Shown: in pieces, positions 29,288 through 39,005 of the stretch
How the letters are laid out: every line of letters starts with the position of its first letter
Numbering within the stretch: the stretch's first letter is position 1
Origin: Thermoproteota archaeon
GTDB lineage: Archaea > Korarchaeota > Korarchaeia > B14-G2
Length of the DNA stretch: 64,000 nt
Assembly: GCA_037917675.1 (NCBI GenBank)
Contig: JAVCBW010000051.1
Coordinates: forward strand, 1-64,000
Direction of reading: 5' to 3'
Notes under the pieces: model-generated
The model's input: only the letters and a program-made list of their open reading frames with translations
Told to the model about the DNA's origin: nothing
Databases searched by the model: none
Translations under genes and position numbers: made by a program

Positions 29288-30268
29288 TTAGAACTCTCTG
29301 ATCACACCGAGATAAAACAGGTACCCGAATAACAGCTGGTTAAGGAATATTACGACAGTAGACGCCAGGAAGGTAGCTAGCCCAGCTATACTCCCTGGAA
29401 TCCCATAGGCTGCCAAGATAGCTATCATAACCCCCTCCCTTATCCCCAGGTTCCCAGGTATGCTTGTAGGAAGGGCAGTCATCAGAACATTCACTGAGTA
29501 AGCAAACACCCCAAGACCAACAGGTATCCTATAGCCTAGTGAATTGAAGACGAATAGGACAGGGAGCATATCGAACAGCCATGAAAGCAGTGATAGAGCT
29601 CCAGCTATGAGTATAGTTCTAGTGGATCTCATATACCCCTTGAAGCATGATACATGCTCTTCAACCAGACTAGACAAGTCATGGCTTCCTCTCCCAAGCC
29701 TCTTCCAGAGGAACCCTAGGAACCTCAGGAGAGCTCTCTCTGAAGTAGATAAGTGGAATGCAGCATAGAATATCCCCATGAGGATCCCGACACAGACTAG
29801 TATTCCAAGTGTAGTTCCTCTTTCAAGCCTAGCACCAGCTGTAATCAGCCCTAGGATAGAGAACACGATGAAGGGGAGCAGAGTCAGCAGCCTATGGGCT
29901 ACAATAGAGGAGCTAGCCTCCCCCCTACTAACCCCACTCCTAACAGCCAGATATAGCCTCAGAGCCTCTCCAGTTATCGAGCCACTTGGGATCAGCAGGT
30001 TAACAAACCTACAAGCCCACGCTATCGCATAGGCTCTCCTAAAGCTCATCCTTCCCCATATCAACACATACCAGCCTAGAGCAAAGAGGAACACACATAC
30101 ATGCACTGAGGCCAGAGCTAAAGCAAGCTGCATTGAGTCGGCTTCAGCCAGCAGGCTAATGGAGCCGAAGACGCCTGTAGCCTTCAATGCCACAGCTAAG
30201 AGAGCCAGCCCCAGAGCTGAGAGAGCATAGTGCTTAGCTTCAAACCTAAGCTTCTCAGCAGTCTCCAT
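29288..30268 (-). CDS. UPF0104 / lysylphosphatidylglycerol synthase TM (flippase-like) protein
   Basis: FVNLLIPSG..GE..R, HR, PGNLGIRE. Confidence 0.85.
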   Translation of the reverse strand: METAEKLRFEAKHYALSALGLALLAVALKATGVFGSISLLAEADSMQLALALASVHVCVFLFALGWYVLIWGRMSFRRAYAIAWACRFVNLLIPSGSITGEALRLYLAVRSGVSRGEASSSIVAHRLLTLLPFIVFSILGLITAGARLERGTTLGILVCVGILMGIFYAAFHLSTSERALLRFLGFLWKRLGRGSHDLSSLVEEHVSCFKGYMRSTRTILIAGALSLLSWLFDMLPVLFVFNSLGYRIPVGLGVFAYSVNVLMTALPTSIPGNLGIREGVMIAILAAYGIPGSIAGLATFLASTVVIFLNQLLFGYLFYLGVIREF

Positions 30269-30333
30269 AAGCAGCCCTCCTAGCCCACCACAAGGAAGGT
30301 TTATAAGGCAACCACTAGCCTCAAGGTGAGACC

Positions 30334-31008
30334 TTGGTCAAGGAAAGCTATCGCATCGCACTTGTGGGGGGGACTGGAGAGCAGGGTCCTCCTTTAGCTG
30401 TGAGGTGGGTATCTAGGGGCCACATAGTATATATAGGATCTAGGAGGCTAGAGAAGGCAGAGAGAGTCGCTGGAGAGCTCATAGAGAAGATAAGGGCGCT
30501 AGGGTTCAAGGGAGAGCTGAGGCATGGTGTCAATCAGGACGTTGTCAAGGAGGCTGATGTAATAGTCCTAACAATACCCTACAAGGGGCTGAAGCCGACA
30601 CTAGAGGCCCTAAGAGACAGCATACCAAAGAACGCTGTCATAATAAACCCCATTGTACCAATGGAGTGGAAAGGAAAGCTATGCATGCCAGTAAGGGTAG
30701 ATGAGGGGTCAGCTGGAGAGCTGATAGCCAGATCCTGGCCTGAGGCAAGGGTTGTCACAGCATTCCAGACAGTCTCAGCAGCTAGGCTCGCAGAGTACAT
30801 GAAGCCTGTTGAGGGAGACGTGCTGATATGTGGAGACGACGAGGAAGCCAAGAGCATTGTCGCGAAGCTCGTAGAAGATATCCCAAACCTAAGACCAGTC
30901 GACTGTGGGCCTCTCCTATACTCAGCTGCAATAGAGCATATAACCCCACTGCTGATCCAAGCTGGCAAGAAGCTGAAGAGACACGACTTAGGAATCAAGC
31001 TCGTCTAG
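30334..31008 (+). CDS. npdG: F420H2:NADP+ oxidoreductase
   Basis: GGTGEQG, IGSR, TIP, VP, AFQTVSA, CGDD, E.ITPLLI. Confidence 0.9.
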   Translation: MVKESYRIALVGGTGEQGPPLAVRWVSRGHIVYIGSRRLEKAERVAGELIEKIRALGFKGELRHGVNQDVVKEADVIVLTIPYKGLKPTLEALRDSIPKNAVIINPIVPMEWKGKLCMPVRVDEGSAGELIARSWPEARVVTAFQTVSAARLAEYMKPVEGDVLICGDDEEAKSIVAKLVEDIPNLRPVDCGPLLYSAAIEHITPLLIQAGKKLKRHDLGIKLV

Positions 31009-31213
31009 CATCGAGTCGACAGGAAACCAGCACCAGGAGGGCTACCTCCCACTCCTTATAGCTGTCCTGCTAGCTGCAAGCATCTTGGACAAAAGCTCTT
31101 CTTAGTCCACGATGTAGGCTCTCCTCTCTTCCATCCCAGCAGCTAGGAGGAAGGCTTATGTAATAGAGGTGCCCTTCTAGCTCTCAGCTTGAAGCCTCTT
31201 CTAGACCTCTTGC

Positions 31214-32788
31214 TTAGGCGCTACTCCACTCAGCCTTTAACTCACCATTTTTCATCCAAATTCTCACATGGCCTCCTACGCTAGCTGGCATGTCACGCCT
31301 ATAATGTACTCCTAGGCTCCCCTTCCTCTCGAGAGCTGATAAGGCAACAGCTTCTAGTGTAAGGAGCATGCTCCAAAGCCTCATGCCATGTGGGTCACCT
31401 TCAGAGCTGAAGCTAACCCACCTCTCCCTAGCTTCTCTAGCGAAGCTCACAGCCTCTTCAAGCCCTACCTTATCTCTAATGACGCCGACAAGCTGCCAAG
31501 CAGCCTCCCTAACTCTAGCTTCAGCAAGCTTAGGGTCCACTTCACACCTAGGCAGTTCACATCCCCCAGGAAGGCTACCCCTTCCCTCTTCCATAGCATA
31601 CTCTGCTGCAGCTTTCCCAGCTCTGAGGCCGAAGACTACAGCCTCAGCCAAAGCGTTCCCTGGAAGCCTGTTAGCGCCATGCACACCTCCAGCAGCCTCT
31701 CCTGCAGCATACAGCCCCTCTAGGCTGGATCCACCTTGCTCATCGATCTCTAAGCCTCCACAGAAGAAGTGTGCTGCTGGAGAGACCACTATCGGCTCCC
31801 TCTTCAAGTCTACACCATACCTCCTAAACAAGCTGAGAAGCCTAGCATACTTGCTCTCTAAGATATCCTCAGGTATCTCAGAGAAGTCCATCAGGACTCC
31901 TCCATCAACCCCTCTACCCTCCTTAGCCTCCTGATAGATTGCTCTAGACATTATGTCTCTGTCCTCAACTTCCCTAGCAGAGTACTTCAGCATAAACTTC
32001 TCTCCAAGCCTATTAAGGAGGTGAGCTCCATCATAGAGTGGTGAAGCCAATATCAGGAACCCCGAGATAGGCTTAACTGTTATCAGAGGATAGAACTGGA
32101 CAAACTCCATGTCAATGAGCTTAGCTCCAGCATCCAATGCCAGAGCATAACCTTCCCCACATGCATCTGGTGTAGCATCGCTTCTAGCATACACCCTAGC
32201 ACCTCCACCGGCTGCTAGAACAACACTTCCAGCAGAGACTTCAAGTGTCTTCTTCCTCCTAGTGTCGTAAGCTAAGCATCCTACGGCTCTATTTCTATCA
32301 GTGAGCAGCTTGATGACAGGAGTGTAGCCAGCTAGCCTAGCTTCAAGCGCTGCAGCTGCTCTAGCAAGGCTTCTAGAAAGCTCAGCTCCAGGAGGCCTTC
32401 CTTCAACACAGCATATCCTATGCCTCGAGTGCCCTGGAGACAAGTCTAGTAGAAGCCTGCCTCCCTTCCTCTTGAACCTCACTCCAAGCTCAGCTAGCTG
32501 CCTAACTGCATCAGGGGCTTCTGAAGCCAGCACTTCAGCAAGCTCTCTTATGCAAGCGCCCCTCCCAGCTCTAAGAGTATCCTCGAGGTGTAGCCTAGAG
32601 CTGTCACCACTACCCAAGGCAGCTGCTATTCTCCCCTCTGATTTGAAGGTCACCCCACTATGTCCAGGAGACCCTCTACTGAGCACTAGTACACTAGCGC
32701 CAGCTCTTCTAGCTGCTATAGCAGCACATAGCCCAGCTGCTCCTCCACCTATAATAAGCACATCAGCCTCCAGCTTGCTCCTCAACAT
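31214..32788 (-). CDS. fumarate reductase/L-aspartate oxidase-family flavoprotein (TfrA-like)
   Basis: GGGAAG, DMEFVQF, RD...R, H...GG, AGE..GGVHGANRL.GN.L. Confidence 0.85.
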   Translation of the reverse strand: MLRSKLEADVLIIGGGAAGLCAAIAARRAGASVLVLSRGSPGHSGVTFKSEGRIAAALGSGDSSRLHLEDTLRAGRGACIRELAEVLASEAPDAVRQLAELGVRFKRKGGRLLLDLSPGHSRHRICCVEGRPPGAELSRSLARAAAALEARLAGYTPVIKLLTDRNRAVGCLAYDTRRKKTLEVSAGSVVLAAGGGARVYARSDATPDACGEGYALALDAGAKLIDMEFVQFYPLITVKPISGFLILASPLYDGAHLLNRLGEKFMLKYSAREVEDRDIMSRAIYQEAKEGRGVDGGVLMDFSEIPEDILESKYARLLSLFRRYGVDLKREPIVVSPAAHFFCGGLEIDEQGGSSLEGLYAAGEAAGGVHGANRLPGNALAEAVVFGLRAGKAAAEYAMEEGRGSLPGGCELPRCEVDPKLAEARVREAAWQLVGVIRDKVGLEEAVSFAREARERWVSFSSEGDPHGMRLWSMLLTLEAVALSALERKGSLGVHYRRDMPASVGGHVRIWMKNGELKAEWSSA

Positions 32789-33734
32789 GATGCCTCTGCC
32801 TCCCCTTAATCAAGCTGACCGCTAGGTCTCTGAGCGCGAAGGCATCTACACCAACCATGTAAGCTGGTATGTCGATGAGTTCTCCTGCATAGAGCCTGAC
32901 ATAGAGGCTTCCATCAAACCTGACCACCGAAGCTCTCCTACATGAGCTCCAGCCTCCTGAGAGCCTCCTTCTACCAATCCTGATGCTAAAGCCGTCTTCA
33001 GTCATCAGTATAGAGGAGTGCTGAGCGAGAAAGTAGAATGCTCCTCCAGCTAGGCAAGACAAGAGAAGAACAGCTAGAAGAACCCACATTCCCTCCACGA
33101 GCCCAATCAGCAGCGCAGCTGCAGTCAGAACAGACCCCATAAGGAAGGCTGAGATCAGCGAGTTCACAGCTAAAGCTGGCACATATACTCTACTATAGAG
33201 CCTACCTATCTCTACCCTCCTGCTCTTACCTGCTCTCTTAAAAACCCTCTTGAGCCTAAGGCTCTTCAGTAGCCTAGTTGCCAGAAACCCTCTGCTAGCA
33301 TAGGCCTTCATCTCACTGCAGTCTACGAGTATAACTCCCATGCCTCTCTCTTCTATCCCCTCAACTGCATTGATGAGCTTCCTATCAGCTCTACTAGCAA
33401 CTATTATGAGCCAGCTCGCATGGGCTCCTAAGTTAAGCGAGTGCAGCTTAGCTGCCTCAACGAGCTTTATAGCATCACTCTCACTAGGCTCCTCTAAAGC
33501 TGAAATATAGCAGTGAACCCTATAGTCTGGAACCATCAAGGCTAGGAGCCTAGATAGCAGGAATCCAGTAGGCCTAGTGCCACCTGACAGGAAAGAATGG
33601 AACTCTACTCCAAAGGCTTTAAAGCCCTTGACAGCCTCTCTAAAGTCAGCTATCTCGATGCCTCCACCAGCCATAAGCTCTCCTTCAAGGCTTCGAGCAA
33701 CATCCTCAATGCTAAATCGGCAGGAGTGGCCCAT
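32763..33734 (-). CDS. hypothetical membrane protein (soluble N-domain, 2-3 TM, beta-rich C-domain)
   Basis: 323 aa ORF overlapping neighbours; clear hydrophobic block. Confidence 0.65.
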   Translation of the reverse strand: MGHSCRFSIEDVARSLEGELMAGGGIEIADFREAVKGFKAFGVEFHSFLSGGTRPTGFLLSRLLALMVPDYRVHCYISALEEPSESDAIKLVEAAKLHSLNLGAHASWLIIVASRADRKLINAVEGIEERGMGVILVDCSEMKAYASRGFLATRLLKSLRLKRVFKRAGKSRRVEIGRLYSRVYVPALAVNSLISAFLMGSVLTAAALLIGLVEGMWVLLAVLLLSCLAGGAFYFLAQHSSILMTEDGFSIRIGRRRLSGGWSSCRRASVVRFDGSLYVRLYAGELIDIPAYMVGVDAFALRDLAVSLIKGRQRHHVEEQAGG

Positions 33735-34497
33735 ACCTCTTCTCCTCTACACCCTTAGCGAGCCTGGGTTCAGCTGGCTTCAGCACGATCCCACTTTCAA
33801 GAGCCTCCTCTAGGCTCTCAACCCTCACTTTAGCATCCACTCCAAGCTCTACTCCTCCATGGCTTGAACAGAATGTGTATGGGTAGAAGAAGTAGACGTC
33901 TTCGACTCTAGTTGGATCACTTTCAAGCTTAATCTCAACCTCACCGTCTCCTCCACCAGCATCTAAGACACGCCCCTCACATAGAGGGTACTCAACCGAG
34001 TATTCCTTCCTATCCACTTTAAGCCACTCCCTTATGACAACCCCAGCCATGTAGTCTTCAGCATCACCCTTAAGTGGGAATCTGCCTTTTATCATCTCAC
34101 CAGCCTGGTAGGTCAGCTTCTCAAGCTCAAGGCCTCTCGAAGTCAGCCTGCTCTCACTATCAGATGGGAGGACCTTCAGCCTGAGCTCCCTTCTAGGCCA
34201 CAAGACACGCCCACCTAGCCTAGGGGTGCCGAATACAAGAGACCACCTTACCTTTATGCTCCTACAGCTCACTGTGGGAGGGAGCTTCTCAGGATACCTT
34301 ATCTCAAAGCTGCCTTCATCTATTGTAAACTGCCTCCTATATGACAGCACTACATTCCAGCTATATCTACCTACCTCCCTGCTAGGTAGGTCTGATGCAG
34401 CTAACACAACGAGTACTGCTGTAACTCTCCCAGATGCCTCTCCCCTTATAGGCTCACCAACCTTCAAGACGCTTTTTTCAACAAGAACTTGCAGCAA
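33712..34497 (-). CDS. hypothetical protein, arrestin-like tandem beta-sandwich
   Basis: KSVLKVGEPIRG, FEIRYPEKLPPTV...IKVRWSL, LEKLTYQAGEMIKG. Confidence 0.55.
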   Translation of the reverse strand: MLQVLVEKSVLKVGEPIRGEASGRVTAVLVVLAASDLPSREVGRYSWNVVLSYRRQFTIDEGSFEIRYPEKLPPTVSCRSIKVRWSLVFGTPRLGGRVLWPRRELRLKVLPSDSESRLTSRGLELEKLTYQAGEMIKGRFPLKGDAEDYMAGVVIREWLKVDRKEYSVEYPLCEGRVLDAGGGDGEVEIKLESDPTRVEDVYFFYPYTFCSSHGGVELGVDAKVRVESLEEALESGIVLKPAEPRLAKGVEEKRYGPLLPI

Positions 34498-34535
34498 GTA
34501 AACCCCACTAGAAGCTTCAAACAGCTAAATAACCT

Positions 34536-35162
34536 TTACTCTAGCTCAACTACATAGTGGTCTCGAAGTAGCCCTGGCCTCTTGAGGACCCTTATCCCTC
34601 TGTAATCTGTGTTGAATAAGTTCAGTCTAGCCTTCTTCCTGCTCACAGAACCCTGCTCCACAAGAACCCTGATGAAGTCGATTAGGTCTTGAGCTATGCT
34701 CTTGAGAAGCTTGCTCCTGGCTTCAGCCCTCCCACCTCTAGACTCATAGAAGTCTAGGACCTTGTTCAAGCTATACCATCTTGAGACAGCTGAGAGGTAG
34801 AAGAGGCCTACAGCAGAGTAGAGGACTAGCCTAGCAGCCCAGCTTCCACTTAAAGTGTTCAGAAAGAGGGCTGCTATGAAGAGCAGGAGTGTAACTCTGA
34901 GGAGAAACCTTGATACCAGGAAAACCTGAGACCAGAACCTAGCAGATGGGTCCTTAGCTGGGAGGTTAACCATGTATTCCACAGCAGAGAACAGGGCTTT
35001 CCTCCTCTTCCTGTCAATAGACTTCTTCACATGCTCCTCTATCCTATCAAATCTCGACTTAAAGACTCTTAGATCAACGTTACGCCCAACCCTATACCCA
35101 TCTATGGCCTCTATGACGAAAAGTATGTCCTCAACCACCTTCCCAAGCTTCCTATCACTCAA
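34536..35162 (-). CDS. hypothetical 2-TM membrane protein
   Basis: Basic soluble domains flanking two TM helices; TTG start after APC gene. Confidence 0.65.
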   Translation of the reverse strand: MSDRKLGKVVEDILFVIEAIDGYRVGRNVDLRVFKSRFDRIEEHVKKSIDRKRRKALFSAVEYMVNLPAKDPSARFWSQVFLVSRFLLRVTLLLFIAALFLNTLSGSWAARLVLYSAVGLFYLSAVSRWYSLNKVLDFYESRGGRAEARSKLLKSIAQDLIDFIRVLVEQGSVSRKKARLNLFNTDYRGIRVLKRPGLLRDHYVVELE

Positions 35163-35196
35163 GCAGGCACCTAAACAAAAAAATGGGGTTAGAGGC

Positions 35197-36924
35197 TTAG
35201 GCTGGAGGTATCTCACTGTATATCGTCCTTACATCAACTCCTTTCTTCGTGTTGTATATCAGGAATGCTGAGAATATGAATGCTCCAAACCCCATCCAGA
35301 ACGCCTGGTGTAGTGGTATCCCTAGCCTAAACTCCCCGAAGTAGTAGAATATCTCATGTGTAGCTACGAAGAAGAAGAAGAAGTTTACTGCAAACCCGTA
35401 GGCTCCTAGTATCGTAAGGAGAGGTATCCCAGCTATCTCCCAGCGTAGCGGTGCTTTCTCATAGAGATCCCTCCTCAGATATGGCAGGACAGCTGCAGCT
35501 AGGCATGCTAGCATGACAGCAAACTGGTATAGGTTGGTTGTGTCAGCAGCTGCAGCCCAGTCTCCTCCTGCAGTCAGAGCCACACCAAAGATGCCCCCTA
35601 TCATTGTGAGGAGTATAGCCCAGTGTGGGCTATGGAACTTGTCGTTCACAGCAGCGAACGTCTCTGGGAAGAATCTGTCGAAGGCCCAGGCGAACACCAT
35701 TCTGCTAGCTACAACGAAGAATGCTGGTATGTCCTTAAGCAGCACGATACCAACTAGGGTGCCATTGAGCACCTGTAGCCAAGCTAGTCCAGGTGGAACT
35801 AGTGGTATGGTGAATGAGGTCACTACTCTAGGTGGCAGCAGCCAGTCAGGTGGCACCCCCAGCAGACCAGCTACCCCTTCAGCTCCAAGCTTCTCTATCA
35901 AGTAATTGTAGAGCGCCGTATAGTATACCCTCCTCGTCGGTATACCGTGCTCACTTAGGTAAGCCATTGCACCAGGCACCTGAGCGAGGATGCTCTCTGG
36001 CACAACATACACACCATAGACGAGAAGCGGCAGAGCTATGTAGTAGAGCATTATTATTATTGTCCCGATTATCTGGGCTACTATCAGAGATTTAGCTGGG
36101 GTTTTCAGCTCACCTCCTACGAAGACAGCTGACACTATGCCTATATAAGCCCATATCGCTCCTATGCTGGCTTTCATCGTGTCTCCCCAGCTATGTGGTG
36201 CCACAGGGAGATCCTTGTCCTTTAAGCCTAGCTCAAACGCCTTGTTTACTATCTTCTCATATGCTCCAGAGCCATATACCGTGTTCCAGCCCTTGACAGC
36301 ACCCATCTGAGCTGTTCCCCATGCCCCCAGGATCAGGAGGTTGCTTATACACCCGATTATCGCTACTATACCAAGGATGTTGATTATCCAACCATAGATC
36401 CTCATGCCTAGCAGAGCTATCGCACCGAAGACTATGACAAATATCATCCCAAGCACCCAGTGGCCTTCTGTTGAAGCCATCCACTTGGCTGCGCTCAGGA
36501 GCCCCTGGCTTTTAGTAGCTATCCCAGCTGCTGTAGCTGCACCAACGAAGAAGTCTATAGAGTACCATGCTATGATCCCATAGCTCAAGACTTCAGTGAA
36601 CCAGAAGCCCCATGAAGCCAGGAAGCCCAGGGTTGGGCTCAGCCCCCTAGTGATGAACACGTAGTCTCCTCCTGTCCTAGGCATCATTGCACCTAGCATG
36701 GTATAGACTACAGCAGTCGGTATCATAGCTAAGATCCCTGTGATTAGGAACGAGTATGGGACGAAGGCTCCAGGGTGCATGTAGGCTGCTATGATAGCGA
36801 GCCTATGGATGCCGCCGCCAACAGTGTGTGTGAAGCATATCATGAATGCTGTGAACGGCCCAACTGTCCTGACTAGCCCTGACGCCCTCCTAACGAATAG
36901 CGTTGGTGCCTCCGCCATATACAC
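35197..36924 (-). CDS. APC-family amino acid permease
   Basis: LFVRRASGLVR, MPRTGGDYVF..R, GELK, SR..FAWAFDR.FP. Confidence 0.92.
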   Translation of the reverse strand: MYMAEAPTLFVRRASGLVRTVGPFTAFMICFTHTVGGGIHRLAIIAAYMHPGAFVPYSFLITGILAMIPTAVVYTMLGAMMPRTGGDYVFITRGLSPTLGFLASWGFWFTEVLSYGIIAWYSIDFFVGAATAAGIATKSQGLLSAAKWMASTEGHWVLGMIFVIVFGAIALLGMRIYGWIINILGIVAIIGCISNLLILGAWGTAQMGAVKGWNTVYGSGAYEKIVNKAFELGLKDKDLPVAPHSWGDTMKASIGAIWAYIGIVSAVFVGGELKTPAKSLIVAQIIGTIIIMLYYIALPLLVYGVYVVPESILAQVPGAMAYLSEHGIPTRRVYYTALYNYLIEKLGAEGVAGLLGVPPDWLLPPRVVTSFTIPLVPPGLAWLQVLNGTLVGIVLLKDIPAFFVVASRMVFAWAFDRFFPETFAAVNDKFHSPHWAILLTMIGGIFGVALTAGGDWAAAADTTNLYQFAVMLACLAAAVLPYLRRDLYEKAPLRWEIAGIPLLTILGAYGFAVNFFFFFVATHEIFYYFGEFRLGIPLHQAFWMGFGAFIFSAFLIYNTKKGVDVRTIYSEIPPA

Positions 36925-37190
36925 ACCTCATCTATCTGACATGACCTTAACTCCTCTGGCTTTTTAACTCTTACTACTATCTGGTACGTTGAAAGACGAA
37001 ATGAGAGCTATCTAGCAAAATCTAACAGCATATGGGTGTAAATAGCAATAGCATGGTGTTGCTCCGTGTGCCAGAGCTGCTTCCACATATCCTGCAGCCA
37101 GACATAGATGCTGAAACAGCTGCAGCTGCAATCAGGCAATCTACTACAGAACGGAACACTTTATTACTACCTATGCATGAGGGAGTATAG

Positions 37191-38159
37191 GTGCATGGAA
37201 TGCCCTTCAGAATGTTCTTTGCAGCAGACATCCATGGGAACACTATAGTATGGAGGAAATGGCTTAATGCAGTCAACGTGTACGATGCTGATGTCATAAT
37301 ACTGGCTGGAGACCTGACTGGCAAGGCTATAGTCCCGATAATCGACTATGGAGGCAGATATGAGGCTACTCTAATGGACCAGAAGCTTGTAGCCAAGAGT
37401 AGCGAGGAGCTTGAGAGGATGAAGGAGAGGATAGAGGGCATATCATACTACTATGTGGTTCTGTCTAAGGAGGAGCTGCAGGACATAGCTCAGGACCCAA
37501 AGAAGCAAGAGGGCTTGTTCAAGAAGGTCATGGTTGAGAGGCTTGAGAAATGGCTTAACCTCCTGATTGAGAAGGTAGACTTGAAGAAGACTACTGCCAT
37601 AGTAATGCCAGGAAATGATGACGAGAGGTACATAGATGAGACCATAAGGAAGTTTGAGGATAGAGGAGTAATCTATCCGTTAGACAAGACCGTTGAGCTT
37701 CCCTATGGCTACCAGGTGATAAGCCATGAGTACGTGAACCCGACACCATGGAACACGCCAAGGGAGGCTCCAGAAGACAAGCTAGAGAAGATGCTGAGAA
37801 AGAAAATCGAGAAATCTGGTGTCAAAGACTTCAAGAAGGCTCTCTTCAACTTCCACTGCCCACCATGGAACACTAAGCTAGACCTAGCTCCAAAGTTAGA
37901 CAAGAACCTTAAGCCAGTATATGTTGGAGGGAGGCCTGTGCTTGTGCATGTTGGCTCAAGGGCAGTTAGGAAGCTTGAGGAGGAGTACCAGCCTCTAATG
38001 GGGCTCCATGGACACATACATGAGAGCTATGCTAGCGACAAGATAGGAGACACAGTGGTCATAAATCCGGGAAGCGAGTACTCAGAGGGGCTCCTAAGAG
38101 GCTTCATAATAGAGTTTGAGCCTGATGGCCTCAAAACATACTGGAAGATAGAAGGCTAG
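37191..38159 (+). CDS. calcineurin-like metallophosphoesterase (Icc-related)
   Basis: DIHG, GDLTGK, PGNDD, HCPP, HGHIHE, NPGS. Confidence 0.9.
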   Translation: MHGMPFRMFFAADIHGNTIVWRKWLNAVNVYDADVIILAGDLTGKAIVPIIDYGGRYEATLMDQKLVAKSSEELERMKERIEGISYYYVVLSKEELQDIAQDPKKQEGLFKKVMVERLEKWLNLLIEKVDLKKTTAIVMPGNDDERYIDETIRKFEDRGVIYPLDKTVELPYGYQVISHEYVNPTPWNTPREAPEDKLEKMLRKKIEKSGVKDFKKALFNFHCPPWNTKLDLAPKLDKNLKPVYVGGRPVLVHVGSRAVRKLEEEYQPLMGLHGHIHESYASDKIGDTVVINPGSEYSEGLLRGFIIEFEPDGLKTYWKIEG

Positions 38160-38169
38160 AGGTATCTGC

Positions 38170-39003
38170 TTGCCCCAGGGTGAGATACACTTCATTGAGG
38201 TGGATGAAGAGGAGTTTGCAGAGGAGTGTATCAATATAGTGAGGAAGGCTGAGGAGAAGGGTATAACACTGAGGATACTTGGCGCCCTAGCAGTATATGT
38301 GCACACTAGGGACGATGAAAGGTGCAAGGAGATACATAAGCTGAGGTTTGGTGAGAGTACTCCAGCATTCACAGACCTAGATCTCATAGCCTATAGTAAG
38401 CAGTACTCTCAGGTCAAGAAGTTCTTTGAGGACGAGGGCTTCATGCCAGACAGGATGGTTAACATTCTCTTCGGGAAGAGGAGGCTAATATACTACCACC
38501 CACAGGGGAAGTATCACATCGATATATTCTTCGATAAGCTCGAGTTCAGCCACGACGTCCCCTTTGGCGGTGAGCCTGGAGAGGGAAGACTAGACCTGAG
38601 CTCACCAGCTATAACCCCAACGGACATAGTTCTAGAGAAGCTTCAGATACACGAGATAAACAGGAAGGATCTAGTTGACCTAGTGGTCATCTTTCTAAGC
38701 CATGAGCTAAGTGGCAGAGATGGAGAGAAGCTAGTCAACATGAAGTACATCGCGAAGCTTCTAGCTGACGACTGGGGATTCTGGTATGATGCGAAGGTCA
38801 ATCTGAAGAAGCTTGAGGAGTTCACAGAGTCTCTGAGGCAGGAGGGCGTCTTAACAGATCAGGAGGCTAATACCGTGATAGCAAAGACGAGAGCTCTAGC
38901 TAGAGCTCTAGATGATGAGCCTAAGACAAAGAAGTGGAAGAAGAGAGCCAAGAAGGGGACTAGCAAGAAATGGTACAGGGATGTTGAGGAGCTAGTGAGA
39001 TAG
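38170..39003 (+). CDS. putative Pol-beta-superfamily nucleotidyltransferase
   Basis: LRILGALAV..H...DLDL, later HIDIF and KDLVD pattern. Confidence 0.65.
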   Translation: MPQGEIHFIEVDEEEFAEECINIVRKAEEKGITLRILGALAVYVHTRDDERCKEIHKLRFGESTPAFTDLDLIAYSKQYSQVKKFFEDEGFMPDRMVNILFGKRRLIYYHPQGKYHIDIFFDKLEFSHDVPFGGEPGEGRLDLSSPAITPTDIVLEKLQIHEINRKDLVDLVVIFLSHELSGRDGEKLVNMKYIAKLLADDWGFWYDAKVNLKKLEEFTESLRQEGVLTDQEANTVIAKTRALARALDDEPKTKKWKKRAKKGTSKKWYRDVEELVR

Positions 39004-39005
39004 CT

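Noticed and set aside
31009-31213. Intergenic stretch that may be a gene remnant
   Set aside because: No recognisable family motif in any frame
37022-37324. Antisense and short intergenic ORFs near the phosphoesterase
   Set aside because: Shadow ORFs with no protein-like features
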